DNA of 64,000 bases from an uncultured Spirochaetota bacterium (GCA_963827275.1 CAWHAA010000005.1:320001-384000); one strand, 5' to 3'; shown: positions 10,229 through 20,526, numbered from the stretch's first letter. The notes: generated by a model not told the origin, from the letters alone. Translations and numbers: made by a program.

Positions 10229-10945
10229 ATGAATTATCTTGCGGCACTTTTCATACTTGGCGCCCTGATCCTGCTGCACGAGGCGGGCCACTTTTTCGCG
10301 GCAAAAGCTGCCGGCATCCCGGTGAAGCTCTTTTCAATCGGGTTCGGGCCGGCCCTCTGGAAAAAGAGCATCGGCGCCACGGAATACCGCCTCTCGCTGA
10401 TACCGCTTGGCGGCTACGTGCTCCCCGCCCTCCGGGACGAGAAGGATTATTTCGACATCCCCGTCCACAAACGGATACTGCTCTCCCTGGGCGGACCGGC
10501 GGCAAACATCGCCGCGGTCCTCATACTGTTTGCCGCACTCAACGTGATTCAATCGGGCCCCTCGCTCGCGGGCATATTCATATCCCCGGTGACGCAGACC
10601 GCCTCACTCATGTATAAGATCATTGCATCGCTGGCGGGGCTTTTCACGCAGGACGGCACCCTGTACGGCATCGTGGGCGTTGTGCACCAGGGCGGCACAT
10701 TCATCGACGGCGGCTGGACCAGCGCCGTGCGCCTCGCCCTCGTCCTGAGCGCCAACCTCGCGGTCGTCAACCTCCTGCCGCTCCCTGTGCTCGACGGCGG
10801 AAAAATTCTGTTATGCCTCCTTGAAAAAATAAGCGTGCGGCTCCGGGCGGTGTACATGCCGATGATGGTGATCGGCTGGCTGTTCATAGTCGGCCTCATG
10901 ATATATGCGACTGTCCTGGACGCGGGAAGACTGCTGATGAGTTAA
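10229..10945 (+). CDS. Site-2 protease (M50, RseP-like, no PDZ domain)
   Basis: HEAGH, FSIGFGP, IPLGGYV, GPAAN, NLLPLPVLDGG. Confidence 0.88.
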   Translation: MNYLAALFILGALILLHEAGHFFAAKAAGIPVKLFSIGFGPALWKKSIGATEYRLSLIPLGGYVLPALRDEKDYFDIPVHKRILLSLGGPAANIAAVLILFAALNVIQSGPSLAGIFISPVTQTASLMYKIIASLAGLFTQDGTLYGIVGVVHQGGTFIDGGWTSAVRLALVLSANLAVVNLLPLPVLDGGKILLCLLEKISVRLRAVYMPMMVIGWLFIVGLMIYATVLDAGRLLMS

Positions 10946-11005
10946 TCATGAAAATCAATCCGATGCGGTTACACCTATAAACGAAGGGGTTTGGAAAACC
11001 ATACT

Positions 11006-11383
11006 ATGAAGAAAGGGATACTGTCGATTATCATGGCGGCATGTTTCGCCACCGCGGGGTTCGCACTTATATCGGATTTTAACGGGAGATACGAGAAGGT
11101 CCCGACGTACCGTGACCCCTGGTGCGGCAGGGCAATCGAGATACGCAAGATTCGCTTCAACAAGTACCGCATCTCCTGGGACCTCATCACGGGGAAGCAG
11201 ACCGTGCTTGAGCTGGTGGGAAAATCGCAGGGGAACCTTCTCGATTTCCGCAGCAAGAAGGGCGAGGAGATGTTCGGCTATACGTACGCGCTGACAGACA
11301 ACAAGAACAGGCTGGTCGTCACGCTTACCTCTCCGCAGAAATCCATTGTCTGCGAATTCACCCGCATCAACGGGAAAAATTAG
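11006..11383 (+). CDS. Hypothetical exported protein
   Basis: MKK plus hydrophobic signal peptide; fills the intergenic gap. Confidence 0.65.
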   Translation: MKKGILSIIMAACFATAGFALISDFNGRYEKVPTYRDPWCGRAIEIRKIRFNKYRISWDLITGKQTVLELVGKSQGNLLDFRSKKGEEMFGYTYALTDNKNRLVVTLTSPQKSIVCEFTRINGKN

Positions 11384-11396
11384 GCGGCGGGCATAC

Positions 11397-12323
11397 TCAG
11401 TTCCTCATGAGGCCCGCCACATGCTTCACCTGGGCCGTGAGGTTCGTTATATAAGCGTTCCGTTCCTGGAAGATCGTCCCCTTATCGTCATATTCCTGCC
11501 GCGCCATGCTCTCGATCGCTTTTTCAATGTCTCCGCCCGCCTTGTCGATAAAACCCTCGATAAGCTTCCGGTACGTGAATGTCGCCTCCCGTGACTTCAG
11601 AAGGAATCCCATCGCGTCCGGTCCGGTGAGGACCCAGCCGTGGCCGATGCAGAGCACCTCGGGCGCGAGGGCAATCATCCGATCAATCGAGGCCAGGTAG
11701 TCGGCGTAAGACGAAAGAAATTCAACCTGGGGCTCGTTCCCGTCAGCCCCCTGCGGCACGCCGGCCGCTTCGCCGGTAAACAGGACCTTCATTTCAGGGA
11801 TATAGTAGGCAAGGCAGTCCCTGGTGTGGCCGGGGACTTCGAACACGCGGCAGGTGAGCCCGCCAAGGTCGAACGCGTCCCCGTCCCTGAGAACAAGCTC
11901 GAAATCAATAGGCCGTATCGCCAGGTCCTCGTCACCGGCGATGTCCCTGAAAAGCCCGCGCTGGATCTCGCTCAGCCGGTTCATCATGGCGAGGACCGAT
12001 TCCTTTTTCAGAAGCGGTGCGATCCTTTCATGCGCTCCTATCTTCAGGCCGGGGATGTTTTTTTTCAAATAGTATGCCGCACCCAGATGGTCGTAGTGCG
12101 AATGGGTGATAAACAGGTAATCGAGCCTGGCAGGGTCGCCCAGCAGCTCTTTTACAGATGTGAAATACAGCGGGGCCATCATGTTTATGCCCCCTTCAAT
12201 CATCAGGTTTTTTTTATCGCCCCTGATAATATACGCGGGATAGGCAGGGCCGGCGATGGCGTCGATCCGTTCATGTATGGGGCCGCTCGCCAGTAATTTC
12301 ATGATGGTTGTCCTCGGAATCAA
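11397..12323 (-). CDS. MBL-fold metallo-hydrolase
   Basis: THSHYDH, PGHT, IGHG. Confidence 0.85.
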   Translation of the reverse strand: MIPRTTIMKLLASGPIHERIDAIAGPAYPAYIIRGDKKNLMIEGGINMMAPLYFTSVKELLGDPARLDYLFITHSHYDHLGAAYYLKKNIPGLKIGAHERIAPLLKKESVLAMMNRLSEIQRGLFRDIAGDEDLAIRPIDFELVLRDGDAFDLGGLTCRVFEVPGHTRDCLAYYIPEMKVLFTGEAAGVPQGADGNEPQVEFLSSYADYLASIDRMIALAPEVLCIGHGWVLTGPDAMGFLLKSREATFTYRKLIEGFIDKAGGDIEKAIESMARQEYDDKGTIFQERNAYITNLTAQVKHVAGLMRN

Positions 12324-12330
12324 GTAAATT

Positions 12331-12630
12331 CGCGGGTCAGAGCAACCCGTTTACCGATAACTATCGGTCAGACAAGGTGCCAGAGCAAGCCATTTCTATG
12401 TTATAGGGATAGTTATCGGTAGTTAGAGAGTCAGAGTAATCCAAGGATGGCCTATCATATTGACATTTATCGGTAAAATGTCTGATTTTGCTCTGACACT
12501 TGGCTGTCCACCATATCGAAGGGGTTTACCACCGATAGTTATCGGTTACTCTGACCCCGGAATAACAAGTCAGGAGATGCATGCTGCCGATAACTATCGG
12601 CAGCATGCCCAATTTACTCTGACCCCCGGT
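12331..12630. repeat. Family-A repeat cluster (CCGATA-NN-TATCGG palindromes plus CTCTGACCCC motifs)
   Basis: Palindromes at 12353, 12408 (partial), 12531 and 12587; CTCTGAC motifs at 12334 (rc), 12429 (rc), 12490, 12547 and 12614. Confidence 0.85.
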
Positions 12631-12631
12631 C

Positions 12632-14365
12632 TTACACCGCCTTCCGGCTTTTATTAAACTGTTTGAAGCTCATCACGCACACCCCGGCAGCCAGGCAGAG
12701 GAGGATGATATCGCCGGCAGAGAGCATCCAGTTCCCTTTCGGTATGTATTCTTTCACAAGAATAACAACAAGCGCCACAATGGTCGTTACCAGCATGAAC
12801 AACCCCGGTATCATGGTAAACAGGTACTTTTTGCCTTTCTTTAACAACCAGATACTGACCGTGATCAGCGAGAGCGAGGCCAGAAGCTGGTTCGCCGCGC
12901 CGAAGAGGTTCCAGAGCTGCTTGAACGCATTGAAATACGCCAGGACAAACATGAGGACAACGCAAAGAGCCGAGTTGAAAATGTAGGTGTTGAGTATTTT
13001 CGGGACCTTCTTAAAGATTACCCTCCAGAGCTCCTCGAAAAGGTAACGGTTGAGCCGCACCGCGGTGTCGAGCGTCGTGACCACGAAGCCCTCAACCATG
13101 AGAATGCCGAAGACCGTGCCGTACACGACCGGAAGGCCCACCGCCCGGTTCAACAGGCCGCCCACGCCAAGGGCAAACGCGAGGACCGGGTTCGACTTGA
13201 CCGCAACATCGGTCGGGAACACGATACCGCAGAGCTTGTCGTAGCTCAGGCCGCACCCGATGGTGATGATGACCATTATGGCGAGGAGCGCCTCCAGGGA
13301 CATCCCCCCGAAGGCAACGATCCGTGAATCGGGCTTTTCAAAGTTCACCTGCTTGGCCGTGGTGCCGCCCGCGACTAACGCGTGGAAGCCGCTGATGGCA
13401 CCGCAGGCCACCGTGATAAATAAAACGGGCCACACATACCCCAGGTGCTCGGCCCCCGCCCCAAGGTTGAACATCGGGGCTTCCACCACCGCACCCTGCA
13501 GGCCGAGGATGATGCTGCCGGTAAGCATACCGATAACCCCGCCGTACAGAAGGAAGGAGTTGGTAAAATCCCTCGGCTGGAGCACAACCCATACCGGAAC
13601 GCCTGCCGCAAATATTGTATATACGGAAAGAATTATCATCCAGAGGAAGGAATCAATTTTTATAGGAAACATCAGACCAACTTTAATCGACACGGCACAG
13701 ATTGCTATTGCCACAACAGACATGAGCCAGGGGTTGGCCTTCCGTTTATAAAGCAGATAGCCAAGAATTGGCGCGCAGCAGGTGATGACGATGACCGACG
13801 TGGATGCGATGCCGCCAATGACCGCGTAGGTGATGCCGTTTTCCACGACAGTACGGATCCCGAGATCACCGCCGCCGAAAAATTCAACCGGGTATTTCGA
13901 CGCGAGCGCCGTGGTCGTGAGGGTTAAAAATACCGAGGTGACCATTAACAGCATTATAATCGTGAAACCGATGAACAGCAAAAACCCCGTGCGACCAAGG
14001 GTCTTTTCCGCGATCTCCGCGATGGAACGCCCCTTTTCCCTCATTGACGCCAGGAGCACCGAGTAGTCATGGACAGCGCCGATAAAAATGGTGCCCAGGA
14101 CTATCCACAGCCATACCGGCGCGAAACCGAATATAAGCGCCACGCAGGGCCCGATGATGGGACCGCCGCCGGCAATTGACGCGAAGTGGTGGCCGAAAAT
14201 TACGATCTTGTGTGTCGGCACATAGTCGACGTCGTCCTTGAGCTCGACCGCCGGCGTCACATGGGAGCCGTCAACGTCAAAATTTTTTTCAATGAACCGA
14301 CCGTAGAAGATATAGCCGAGCAGTAATGCAACGATTGAAACACCGAGAACAAGAAGCAGATTCAT
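12632..14365 (-). CDS. cstA: Carbon starvation protein A family transporter
   Basis: GHHFASIAGGGPIIGP, QPRDF, ACGAISGFH, TTLDTAVRLNR, FGAANQLLA. Confidence 0.93.
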   Translation of the reverse strand: MNLLLVLGVSIVALLLGYIFYGRFIEKNFDVDGSHVTPAVELKDDVDYVPTHKIVIFGHHFASIAGGGPIIGPCVALIFGFAPVWLWIVLGTIFIGAVHDYSVLLASMREKGRSIAEIAEKTLGRTGFLLFIGFTIIMLLMVTSVFLTLTTTALASKYPVEFFGGGDLGIRTVVENGITYAVIGGIASTSVIVITCCAPILGYLLYKRKANPWLMSVVAIAICAVSIKVGLMFPIKIDSFLWMIILSVYTIFAAGVPVWVVLQPRDFTNSFLLYGGVIGMLTGSIILGLQGAVVEAPMFNLGAGAEHLGYVWPVLFITVACGAISGFHALVAGGTTAKQVNFEKPDSRIVAFGGMSLEALLAIMVIITIGCGLSYDKLCGIVFPTDVAVKSNPVLAFALGVGGLLNRAVGLPVVYGTVFGILMVEGFVVTTLDTAVRLNRYLFEELWRVIFKKVPKILNTYIFNSALCVVLMFVLAYFNAFKQLWNLFGAANQLLASLSLITVSIWLLKKGKKYLFTMIPGLFMLVTTIVALVVILVKEYIPKGNWMLSAGDIILLCLAAGVCVMSFKQFNKSRKAV

Positions 14366-14479
14366 TGGGTGGCCTCCCGAAGAGGGTATTGATGATGGGT
14401 ACACTGTCGTCAAAATTAATGCGTACGTCAATAAAAAAAGACTAACAAAAATAGTGATATTTGAGCAGGGGATCGAGGA

Positions 14480-15727
14480 TTATGACGCAGATTCGATCAT
14501 TTTTATGATCGCCATGGCATTGAGGACCGCCTTGGGCACAAAAGAAGAATGCAGGGCAAATTCCTGCTCCTTGCTGCCGTCGGGTGCATGCTCGGAGCAA
14601 TGGGGATTGCCTCCCGAGGGGCCCAGGCCGTCAATGGTCGGCATGAAGTCCCAGAAATAATTTCCATCAGACAACCCCCCGCGTTTCTCCAGGTGGACGG
14701 TGAGCCCGAGAAGCCTTCCCGCCGCCTCCCAGAATGAATGCAGGCGCGATGAGCCGGAATTGTCCGGCCACGCGGGCACCCTGCGCACCAGTTCCGCCGA
14801 AGTCCGGCAGGAAAATCCGCCCACCGCACTCGATACGCTGGTATAGCCGTCCAGCGCGAGAATATCAGCAAGGGCTCTGTCGAACACGACGGGAGAAAAC
14901 GCCCGCATCTCGGCATGTGCCTCGGCAAAATGGGGCACGCGGTTTATCTGCGAACCGCCGGCGATTTTGCCCACGTTCACCGTAAGATCGTTCGCATAAT
15001 CCGTTATGGATTCGATCTTCCTGACCACGTCGGCCATCTGGACGATGGCGCTTGCGCCCTTTTTGTGGGAAACGCCGGAATGGGCTCCTTTCCCTTCCGT
15101 GGTAATCCTGATTTCCGCCCTGCCCTTCCGCGAGGTGACCACGTAATAATCCGCGCCGCGCGCGATCCCCGCCTCGAAGATAAGGCACCCGAGAGCGTCC
15201 GCGCCGAGGCGTTTTTTGCACAGCTCGCCGAAATCAACCGAATCGGTCTCTTCTGACGCGTCAAGCAGAAGCGTCCACGATACGTCATCAAATACATCCG
15301 GCGCGGCATACCGGAGCGCCTCCAGTGTCATGAGCATGACGATGGTGCCGCCCTTTATGTCCTCGGTGCCCGGGCCGTAAATGCGGTCGCCGTCGATGCG
15401 CCAGCAAAAATCATTCCGCTCCTCTTCCTCCGGGCTGAAAACAGTATCGAGGTGGGACGCACAACCGATAGTTATCGGTCCTTTCCCGGTCCGGGAAAGG
15501 ACGAGGTGGTCCCCATACAATGGATTCACAGAAGGGACCCGTTCATCGGCAAACCCCAGGTGGCGCATTGCGCCTGCCGTGTAGTCGGCAAGGCGGTTGA
15601 CTCCCCCGGGGTTCATGGTGTAGGAATTTATCCCCACCATGTCACGGAAGGTGTCCATGTAGCGGGGCATGTTTTCTTCAAGGTAGGCGCGCATGCGCAT
15701 TGCTGCCGCAGAATCAAAATACTTCAT
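14480..15727 (-). CDS. M20 metallopeptidase, glutamate carboxypeptidase-like
   Basis: SHLDTVF, GPGTEDIKGG, SEET, GGLSDGN, DGLGPSGGNPH. Confidence 0.85.
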   Translation of the reverse strand: MKYFDSAAAMRMRAYLEENMPRYMDTFRDMVGINSYTMNPGGVNRLADYTAGAMRHLGFADERVPSVNPLYGDHLVLSRTGKGPITIGCASHLDTVFSPEEEERNDFCWRIDGDRIYGPGTEDIKGGTIVMLMTLEALRYAAPDVFDDVSWTLLLDASEETDSVDFGELCKKRLGADALGCLIFEAGIARGADYYVVTSRKGRAEIRITTEGKGAHSGVSHKKGASAIVQMADVVRKIESITDYANDLTVNVGKIAGGSQINRVPHFAEAHAEMRAFSPVVFDRALADILALDGYTSVSSAVGGFSCRTSAELVRRVPAWPDNSGSSRLHSFWEAAGRLLGLTVHLEKRGGLSDGNYFWDFMPTIDGLGPSGGNPHCSEHAPDGSKEQEFALHSSFVPKAVLNAMAIIKMIESAS

Positions 15728-15978
15728 TTTATAAAATGTTCCACCGATCAATAAAAGCTGCATATTCACATGTCCAGAAGATGTAATTTTATCAAGCATT
15801 TTACTGAAGGTGATATTTTTTTCAGGATGGTCACATTCAACTATTCAATAGTTCATAAAAATGATTAATTTTTAATCTATACGCATCGCGCTCGCCTGAT
15901 ATTTCTTGACAGATTCGAAATAGATGCGACATATTAAACAGGTCGCCGGAGCGTACTTCCCAAAAACAGGATACTGAC

Positions 15979-16806
15979 ATGAATACTGCAACCCGCGGAT
16001 TGAACCCGATACAGATTGAAGCCACCACTCTGCCGGACGCATGGTTCCAGACCGTGTACCGCTGCCTTGAGGTCGGGAGGGATTTCACGATCGACCGCGG
16101 CTCTTATGCGGGAGAAAAGCGCCTTGAGTTCGATTATATCACCGTGCATATCAAAAAGCCCGGGGAACACCCCCTCCTGCCGCAGATCCCCGGTCAATAC
16201 AACCTGCCGAACCCGGTAGCAGACGATTATCTCACTGATTATCTCCCCTACCTGATGACCGGGGAGGCAAAGCCTGGTGAATCGTACACGTACGGGCAGC
16301 GGATTTGCAAATACGAGCTCCCCTTCGGCGATGCAAAAAACTACAACGGCAGGGAATTCGAACATATCCTGATCCAGGACAGGGACGCGTGGGAGGACCG
16401 GAAAATCATTGTCGTCGAAAACGGGAAAACCTTTCTGAACCAGATGGAGCTCTGCATCTGGACCTATAAGAACAAGGGCCACCGCAACAACCAGATGGTA
16501 CTCCAGGTAGCGCATCCCACCGACATGCTCCTGCAAGACCCGCCCTGCCTGCGGCTCATCGACACGCGGATACAGGACGGCAGGCTTAACTTCATCATCT
16601 ATTTCCGTTCCTGGGACCTCTGGGGCGGCTTTCCCGCCAACCTCGCGGCCATGCAGATGATGAAAGAGTATATCGCCTCCGAGGTAGGGGTAGAAGACGG
16701 TGAAATCATCGCCGCGTCCAAGGGCCTCCACCTGTATAACTATGTCTGGGAGCTGGCCGAGTGCATACGCGGCAAATCTATCGAGGAGTTCCGGGCTGCG
16801 AAGTAG
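15979..16806 (+). CDS. thyA: Thymidylate synthase (divergent, archaeal-like ThyA)
   Basis: YTYGQRI, DPPCL (catalytic Cys), FRSWDL, PANL, GLHLY. Confidence 0.85.
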   Translation: MNTATRGLNPIQIEATTLPDAWFQTVYRCLEVGRDFTIDRGSYAGEKRLEFDYITVHIKKPGEHPLLPQIPGQYNLPNPVADDYLTDYLPYLMTGEAKPGESYTYGQRICKYELPFGDAKNYNGREFEHILIQDRDAWEDRKIIVVENGKTFLNQMELCIWTYKNKGHRNNQMVLQVAHPTDMLLQDPPCLRLIDTRIQDGRLNFIIYFRSWDLWGGFPANLAAMQMMKEYIASEVGVEDGEIIAASKGLHLYNYVWELAECIRGKSIEEFRAAK

Positions 16807-16843
16807 GCGATAGACGCCATCCATGGGATATTTTGTTTATTGA

Positions 16844-16908
16844 TTGCTCTGACTCCCGGGATCTACCGATAACTATCGGTCCAATAATGATCCCCTTACT
16901 CTGACCCC
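16844..16908. repeat. Family-A repeat unit
   Basis: TTGCTCTGACTCCC, ACCGATAACTATCGGT (16865-16880), TTACTCTGACCCC (16896-16908). Confidence 0.85.
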
Positions 16909-16989
16909 AAAAATGATTTGACAGAACAGTCCAAAACAGGTCACAAACGACACGTTTAGCATGAAATTACCGTCACAAGCGAGACTGGA

Positions 16990-18375
16990 ATGGATTTTTT
17001 TCACGACATCATAAAATGGATTAACGGCTACCTCTGGGGACCGCCAATGCTGGTCATCCTCTTCGGCACCCACCTGTTTCTGACCTTCAGGCTTCGGTTC
17101 ATTCAGCGCTATATCGGCCTGGCCATACGGCTTTCATTTACCAGCGATGCGGATGGTCATGGCGATGTTCATCATTTCGGCGCCCTCGCAACGGCCCTGG
17201 CTGCCACCATCGGCACAGGCAACATAGTGGGAGTGGCCACGGCCGTGGCCCTGGGCGGCCCGGGGGCCGTCCTCTGGTGCTGGCTTACCGGCGTGTTCGG
17301 ATTCGCCACCAAGTATGGTGAGGCCGTGCTGGCGGTCAAATACCGCGTCAGGACCTCGGACGGCACAATGCTGGGCGGCCCCATGTACGCCCTTGAGCGG
17401 GGACTTGGCAAGAAATGGCTTGCCGTGCTCTTCTGCGTGTTCACCTCCATCGCCGCTTTCGGTATCGGCAACATGGTCCAGGCAAACTCCATATCGACCC
17501 TTGCCAGAGAAACGATCGGGGCGCCGCTCTGGGCCACCGGCCTGTTTACCACGATTATCACCGCGGTCGTAATCCTCGGCGGCGTAAAGTCCATCGCGAA
17601 AGTGTGCACACTGCTTGTGCCGTTTATGGCGGGGTTCTATATTATCGGCTGCCTGATCATACTCGGGATCAACCGGGAAACGCTGCTGCCCGCCCTGATC
17701 ATGATCGGGAAGTCGGCCTTTTCACCCCAGGCGGCCGGCGGCGGGTTCATCGGCGCCTCGGTGATGATGGCGGCGCGCTTCGGCATCGCCCGCGGCCTCT
17801 TCTCGAACGAGGCGGGGCTTGGTTCCGCTCCCATCGTGGCCGCGGCGGCCATCACGAAAAACCCGGTCAAGCAGGCCCTGGTCTCCGCCACCGGGACCTT
17901 CTGGGACACGGTGATTGTCTGCGCCATGACCGGCCTGGTCATCGTGTCCACCATTATGCGCTTCCCCGGCGACTTCGGGACATTAGAAGGCGCGCTCATA
18001 ACCAAGCGCGCCTTCGCGGAGATACCGGTCGTCGGCCCGATCATCCTGACGGTCGGGCTCCTGACATTTGTCTATTCAACCATACTGGGCTGGTCGTACT
18101 ACGGTGAGCGTTCCGTGGAATATCTCTTCGGCAAAAGGTCGATCGTTCCCTATCGCGTACTCTGGGTCATCGCCGTCATGGTGGGCTCGGTGGCATCGCT
18201 GCCGCTGGTATGGGACCTTGCGGACACGATGAATATGTTCATGGCACTGCCGAACCTGGTCGCGCTCATCCTGCTCAACGGTGTGATTATCGCCGAAACG
18301 AAAAAATATCTCTGGGAGGGAGACATTCACGACCCGGCAGAGGAAAGCAGCATCACCGGTACCCCATTGCCCTGA
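16990..18375 (+). CDS. Alanine/glycine:cation symporter (AgcS family)
   Basis: AATIGTGNIVGVA, GGPGA, GGPMY, RGLFSNEAGLGSAP. Confidence 0.94.
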   Translation: MDFFHDIIKWINGYLWGPPMLVILFGTHLFLTFRLRFIQRYIGLAIRLSFTSDADGHGDVHHFGALATALAATIGTGNIVGVATAVALGGPGAVLWCWLTGVFGFATKYGEAVLAVKYRVRTSDGTMLGGPMYALERGLGKKWLAVLFCVFTSIAAFGIGNMVQANSISTLARETIGAPLWATGLFTTIITAVVILGGVKSIAKVCTLLVPFMAGFYIIGCLIILGINRETLLPALIMIGKSAFSPQAAGGGFIGASVMMAARFGIARGLFSNEAGLGSAPIVAAAAITKNPVKQALVSATGTFWDTVIVCAMTGLVIVSTIMRFPGDFGTLEGALITKRAFAEIPVVGPIILTVGLLTFVYSTILGWSYYGERSVEYLFGKRSIVPYRVLWVIAVMVGSVASLPLVWDLADTMNMFMALPNLVALILLNGVIIAETKKYLWEGDIHDPAEESSITGTPLP

Positions 18376-19375
18376 ATTTTTTTATTATACTCTCCGCTTC
18401 ATCACGCACCCTGACGTTTTTATCAGCACGCGCCGTCTGGAGCGCCTTCATCGAATCCGGACTATGAATGCGGCCGAGAGCCCTGACCGCCTCAAGGCGC
18501 ACATCATAAAATTTATCTTTAAGAAGTACCGCGAGGCAATCGACGGAAGACGGCGCAGCAAATACGGCAATGGAGCGTGCGGCCTCAAGCCGGACCTCCT
18601 TGTACTTGTCCCGGCATGCACAGTGGAGCAGCGGCAGGCCCTCCCTGATCACTTCCTCGCCAATCTTTCTGGCGGTTTCTTTACGGACCGGCTCAAGATC
18701 ACCCATTCCCCTCAGCAGCTGAGCAAAGCGGGTATCATGAAGGACCCGGCGGGCAAGGTCCGAGTCCACGTTTGCGAGACACGCGCGCGCGGTGTCCCGC
18801 ACCTCCTCATTGCCGTCTGCAAGCAGTCCGATCAGGTAATCAACGCTCCGTTCATCGCCGATACTGCAGAGCGCATGGGCGACCTGGACGCGCATGATTG
18901 AGTGCCGGTCACGGAGACACTCGGCGATATTTTGCACCAGGTGCGCCTTTTTCGTTGCACCGGCAGCATGGACCGCCTCGTATCGCACAATATCCTTTCT
19001 ATCGACCAGGGCAAGGACGATTACCTCCATGATGGGGCCGTCAACATTCGGGCCGCGGCCGGCGATTATCTTCAACAGCTCAATCTTGTCTTTCCAGGCG
19101 CCCCTGGCAATAAGCTCAATGAGGTTCTGTGAGCGCAGGGGGGCGCCCAGCTCGGCAAACTTTAACGTGGCCACGGTCCGCACTGTTTCATCAGGGTCTT
19201 TCAGCATGGTCCTGAGCCTGGCGATTACACGCTCATCCAGACCGGGAAAATTTGCCAGCACCAGAAACGCACGACACCTGATATTCGCCTTTTTATGCTC
19301 CAGGCATTTGATCAAACCCTGGACATCATTATTCTTTTTCAATCGATCGATGTTGGGTCCGAATAGTCCCATCAC
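18353..19375 (-). CDS. HEAT/PBS-lyase repeat protein
   Basis: Repeated L.D....VR..A motifs; overlaps the symporter 3' end by 23 nt. Confidence 0.85.
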   Translation of the reverse strand: MMGLFGPNIDRLKKNNDVQGLIKCLEHKKANIRCRAFLVLANFPGLDERVIARLRTMLKDPDETVRTVATLKFAELGAPLRSQNLIELIARGAWKDKIELLKIIAGRGPNVDGPIMEVIVLALVDRKDIVRYEAVHAAGATKKAHLVQNIAECLRDRHSIMRVQVAHALCSIGDERSVDYLIGLLADGNEEVRDTARACLANVDSDLARRVLHDTRFAQLLRGMGDLEPVRKETARKIGEEVIREGLPLLHCACRDKYKEVRLEAARSIAVFAAPSSVDCLAVLLKDKFYDVRLEAVRALGRIHSPDSMKALQTARADKNVRVRDEAESIIKKFRAMGYR

Positions 19376-19599
19376 AATCCTCCATGAAAAAAACAGAATG
19401 GCGCCGAGAACGTAACGGTGCTATATAAAATATAACAATTAACTCTTAAAAATACAATAGACCGCAGCGGGAATATCCCTGATATTCTCTACATTACCGG
19501 GATTTGAAGCAATATATCAGCGCCGGAGGTCGATATATGGGTCACCTGGGTCCGAAGGAAGTCCATGTCAGGCCGGGAGTAAAAATTGATAATCTCAAC

Positions 19600-19782
19600 G
19601 CAAGGACGCCCGGGACCGACGCGGATTACTGTCCGGGGCGCGGCGTATGCGCCATAGCCTGCCTGAAAGGCGCGCTGAAGCTTACACGTAGGACGAACCG
19701 CGTGCCCCATCCGGAAAATGTTTTTGAAAAAGTCATCCCGAGAAGTTTGGAGCAGGGCAAAGGGTGGGTAATGAAAATGTGA
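19600..19782 (+). pseudogene. Possible remnant of a 4Fe-4S dicluster protein C-terminus
   Basis: DYCPGRGVCAIACLKGALKL is a degenerate CxGCGxCxxxCP motif; no credible N-terminus. Confidence 0.4.
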
Positions 19783-20013
19783 ATACAATTACATGGCGGG
19801 AGGCATAATCGTAACGCATCCCTGCTCCGACGCATTGATATTTTTCGGCGTCCCGGATTTCAGCTTCAACTATCAGAATGGAACGTATGCACTCCCCACC
19901 ATCGACGCGCTGCTCAACGGGGTTATCACCCCGGGGCGGATCGGCTTCGGATTGGCGTCAAGCTTCAGGACCCTTGATTGGTTCCGAGGCAGTGATATGC
20001 AACCACGCCACTG

Positions 20014-20247
20014 TCAGTGGGTGCTCGCTTTTCCGGTCAGGCTTCTTTCTGCTTCAAGCCAATCTCCCATTTCGTCTCCGGGAAAATTATTTTTCACCCT
20101 TGAAAGATAATTATAATAGGCATGGAGCCTGATATCATCCTGGAAACCGGGAAAATCAAATGTTGCTTCGTTCTTTTTTTTATTACTGGTCTTGAATATG
20201 CCAGCCTTCGACATGGCCTGTTGCTGAATGTTTTTTTTCGACAACAT
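20014..20247 (-). CDS. DUF2934-like small protein
   Basis: IRLHAYYNYLSR...GDEMGDWLEAERSL; GGGAGG RBS before ATG 20247. Confidence 0.72.
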   Translation of the reverse strand: MLSKKNIQQQAMSKAGIFKTSNKKKNEATFDFPGFQDDIRLHAYYNYLSRVKNNFPGDEMGDWLEAERSLTGKASTH

Positions 20248-20526
20248 AATCCTCCCTCCCTTTTTTAAAATAATACATCCCGTCACATAGTACTTGAATC
20301 CCGCAAAACCTCCTGATTGGAAAAGCTGTATAAACTGGATGGACAAAAAAATAATACGATGATGTTTCTTTATGTGTTATATAATGTATATATAAATCCT
20401 TAACAGAACAACAGTTATATATAAAAAAATCTGAATTTGATGACATTTATGGGAATACATGATTGACTGATGGCTGATATTTTAGTATTTTAGCTTATAA
20501 TTATTATCAGCGAGTATACAAAGACA

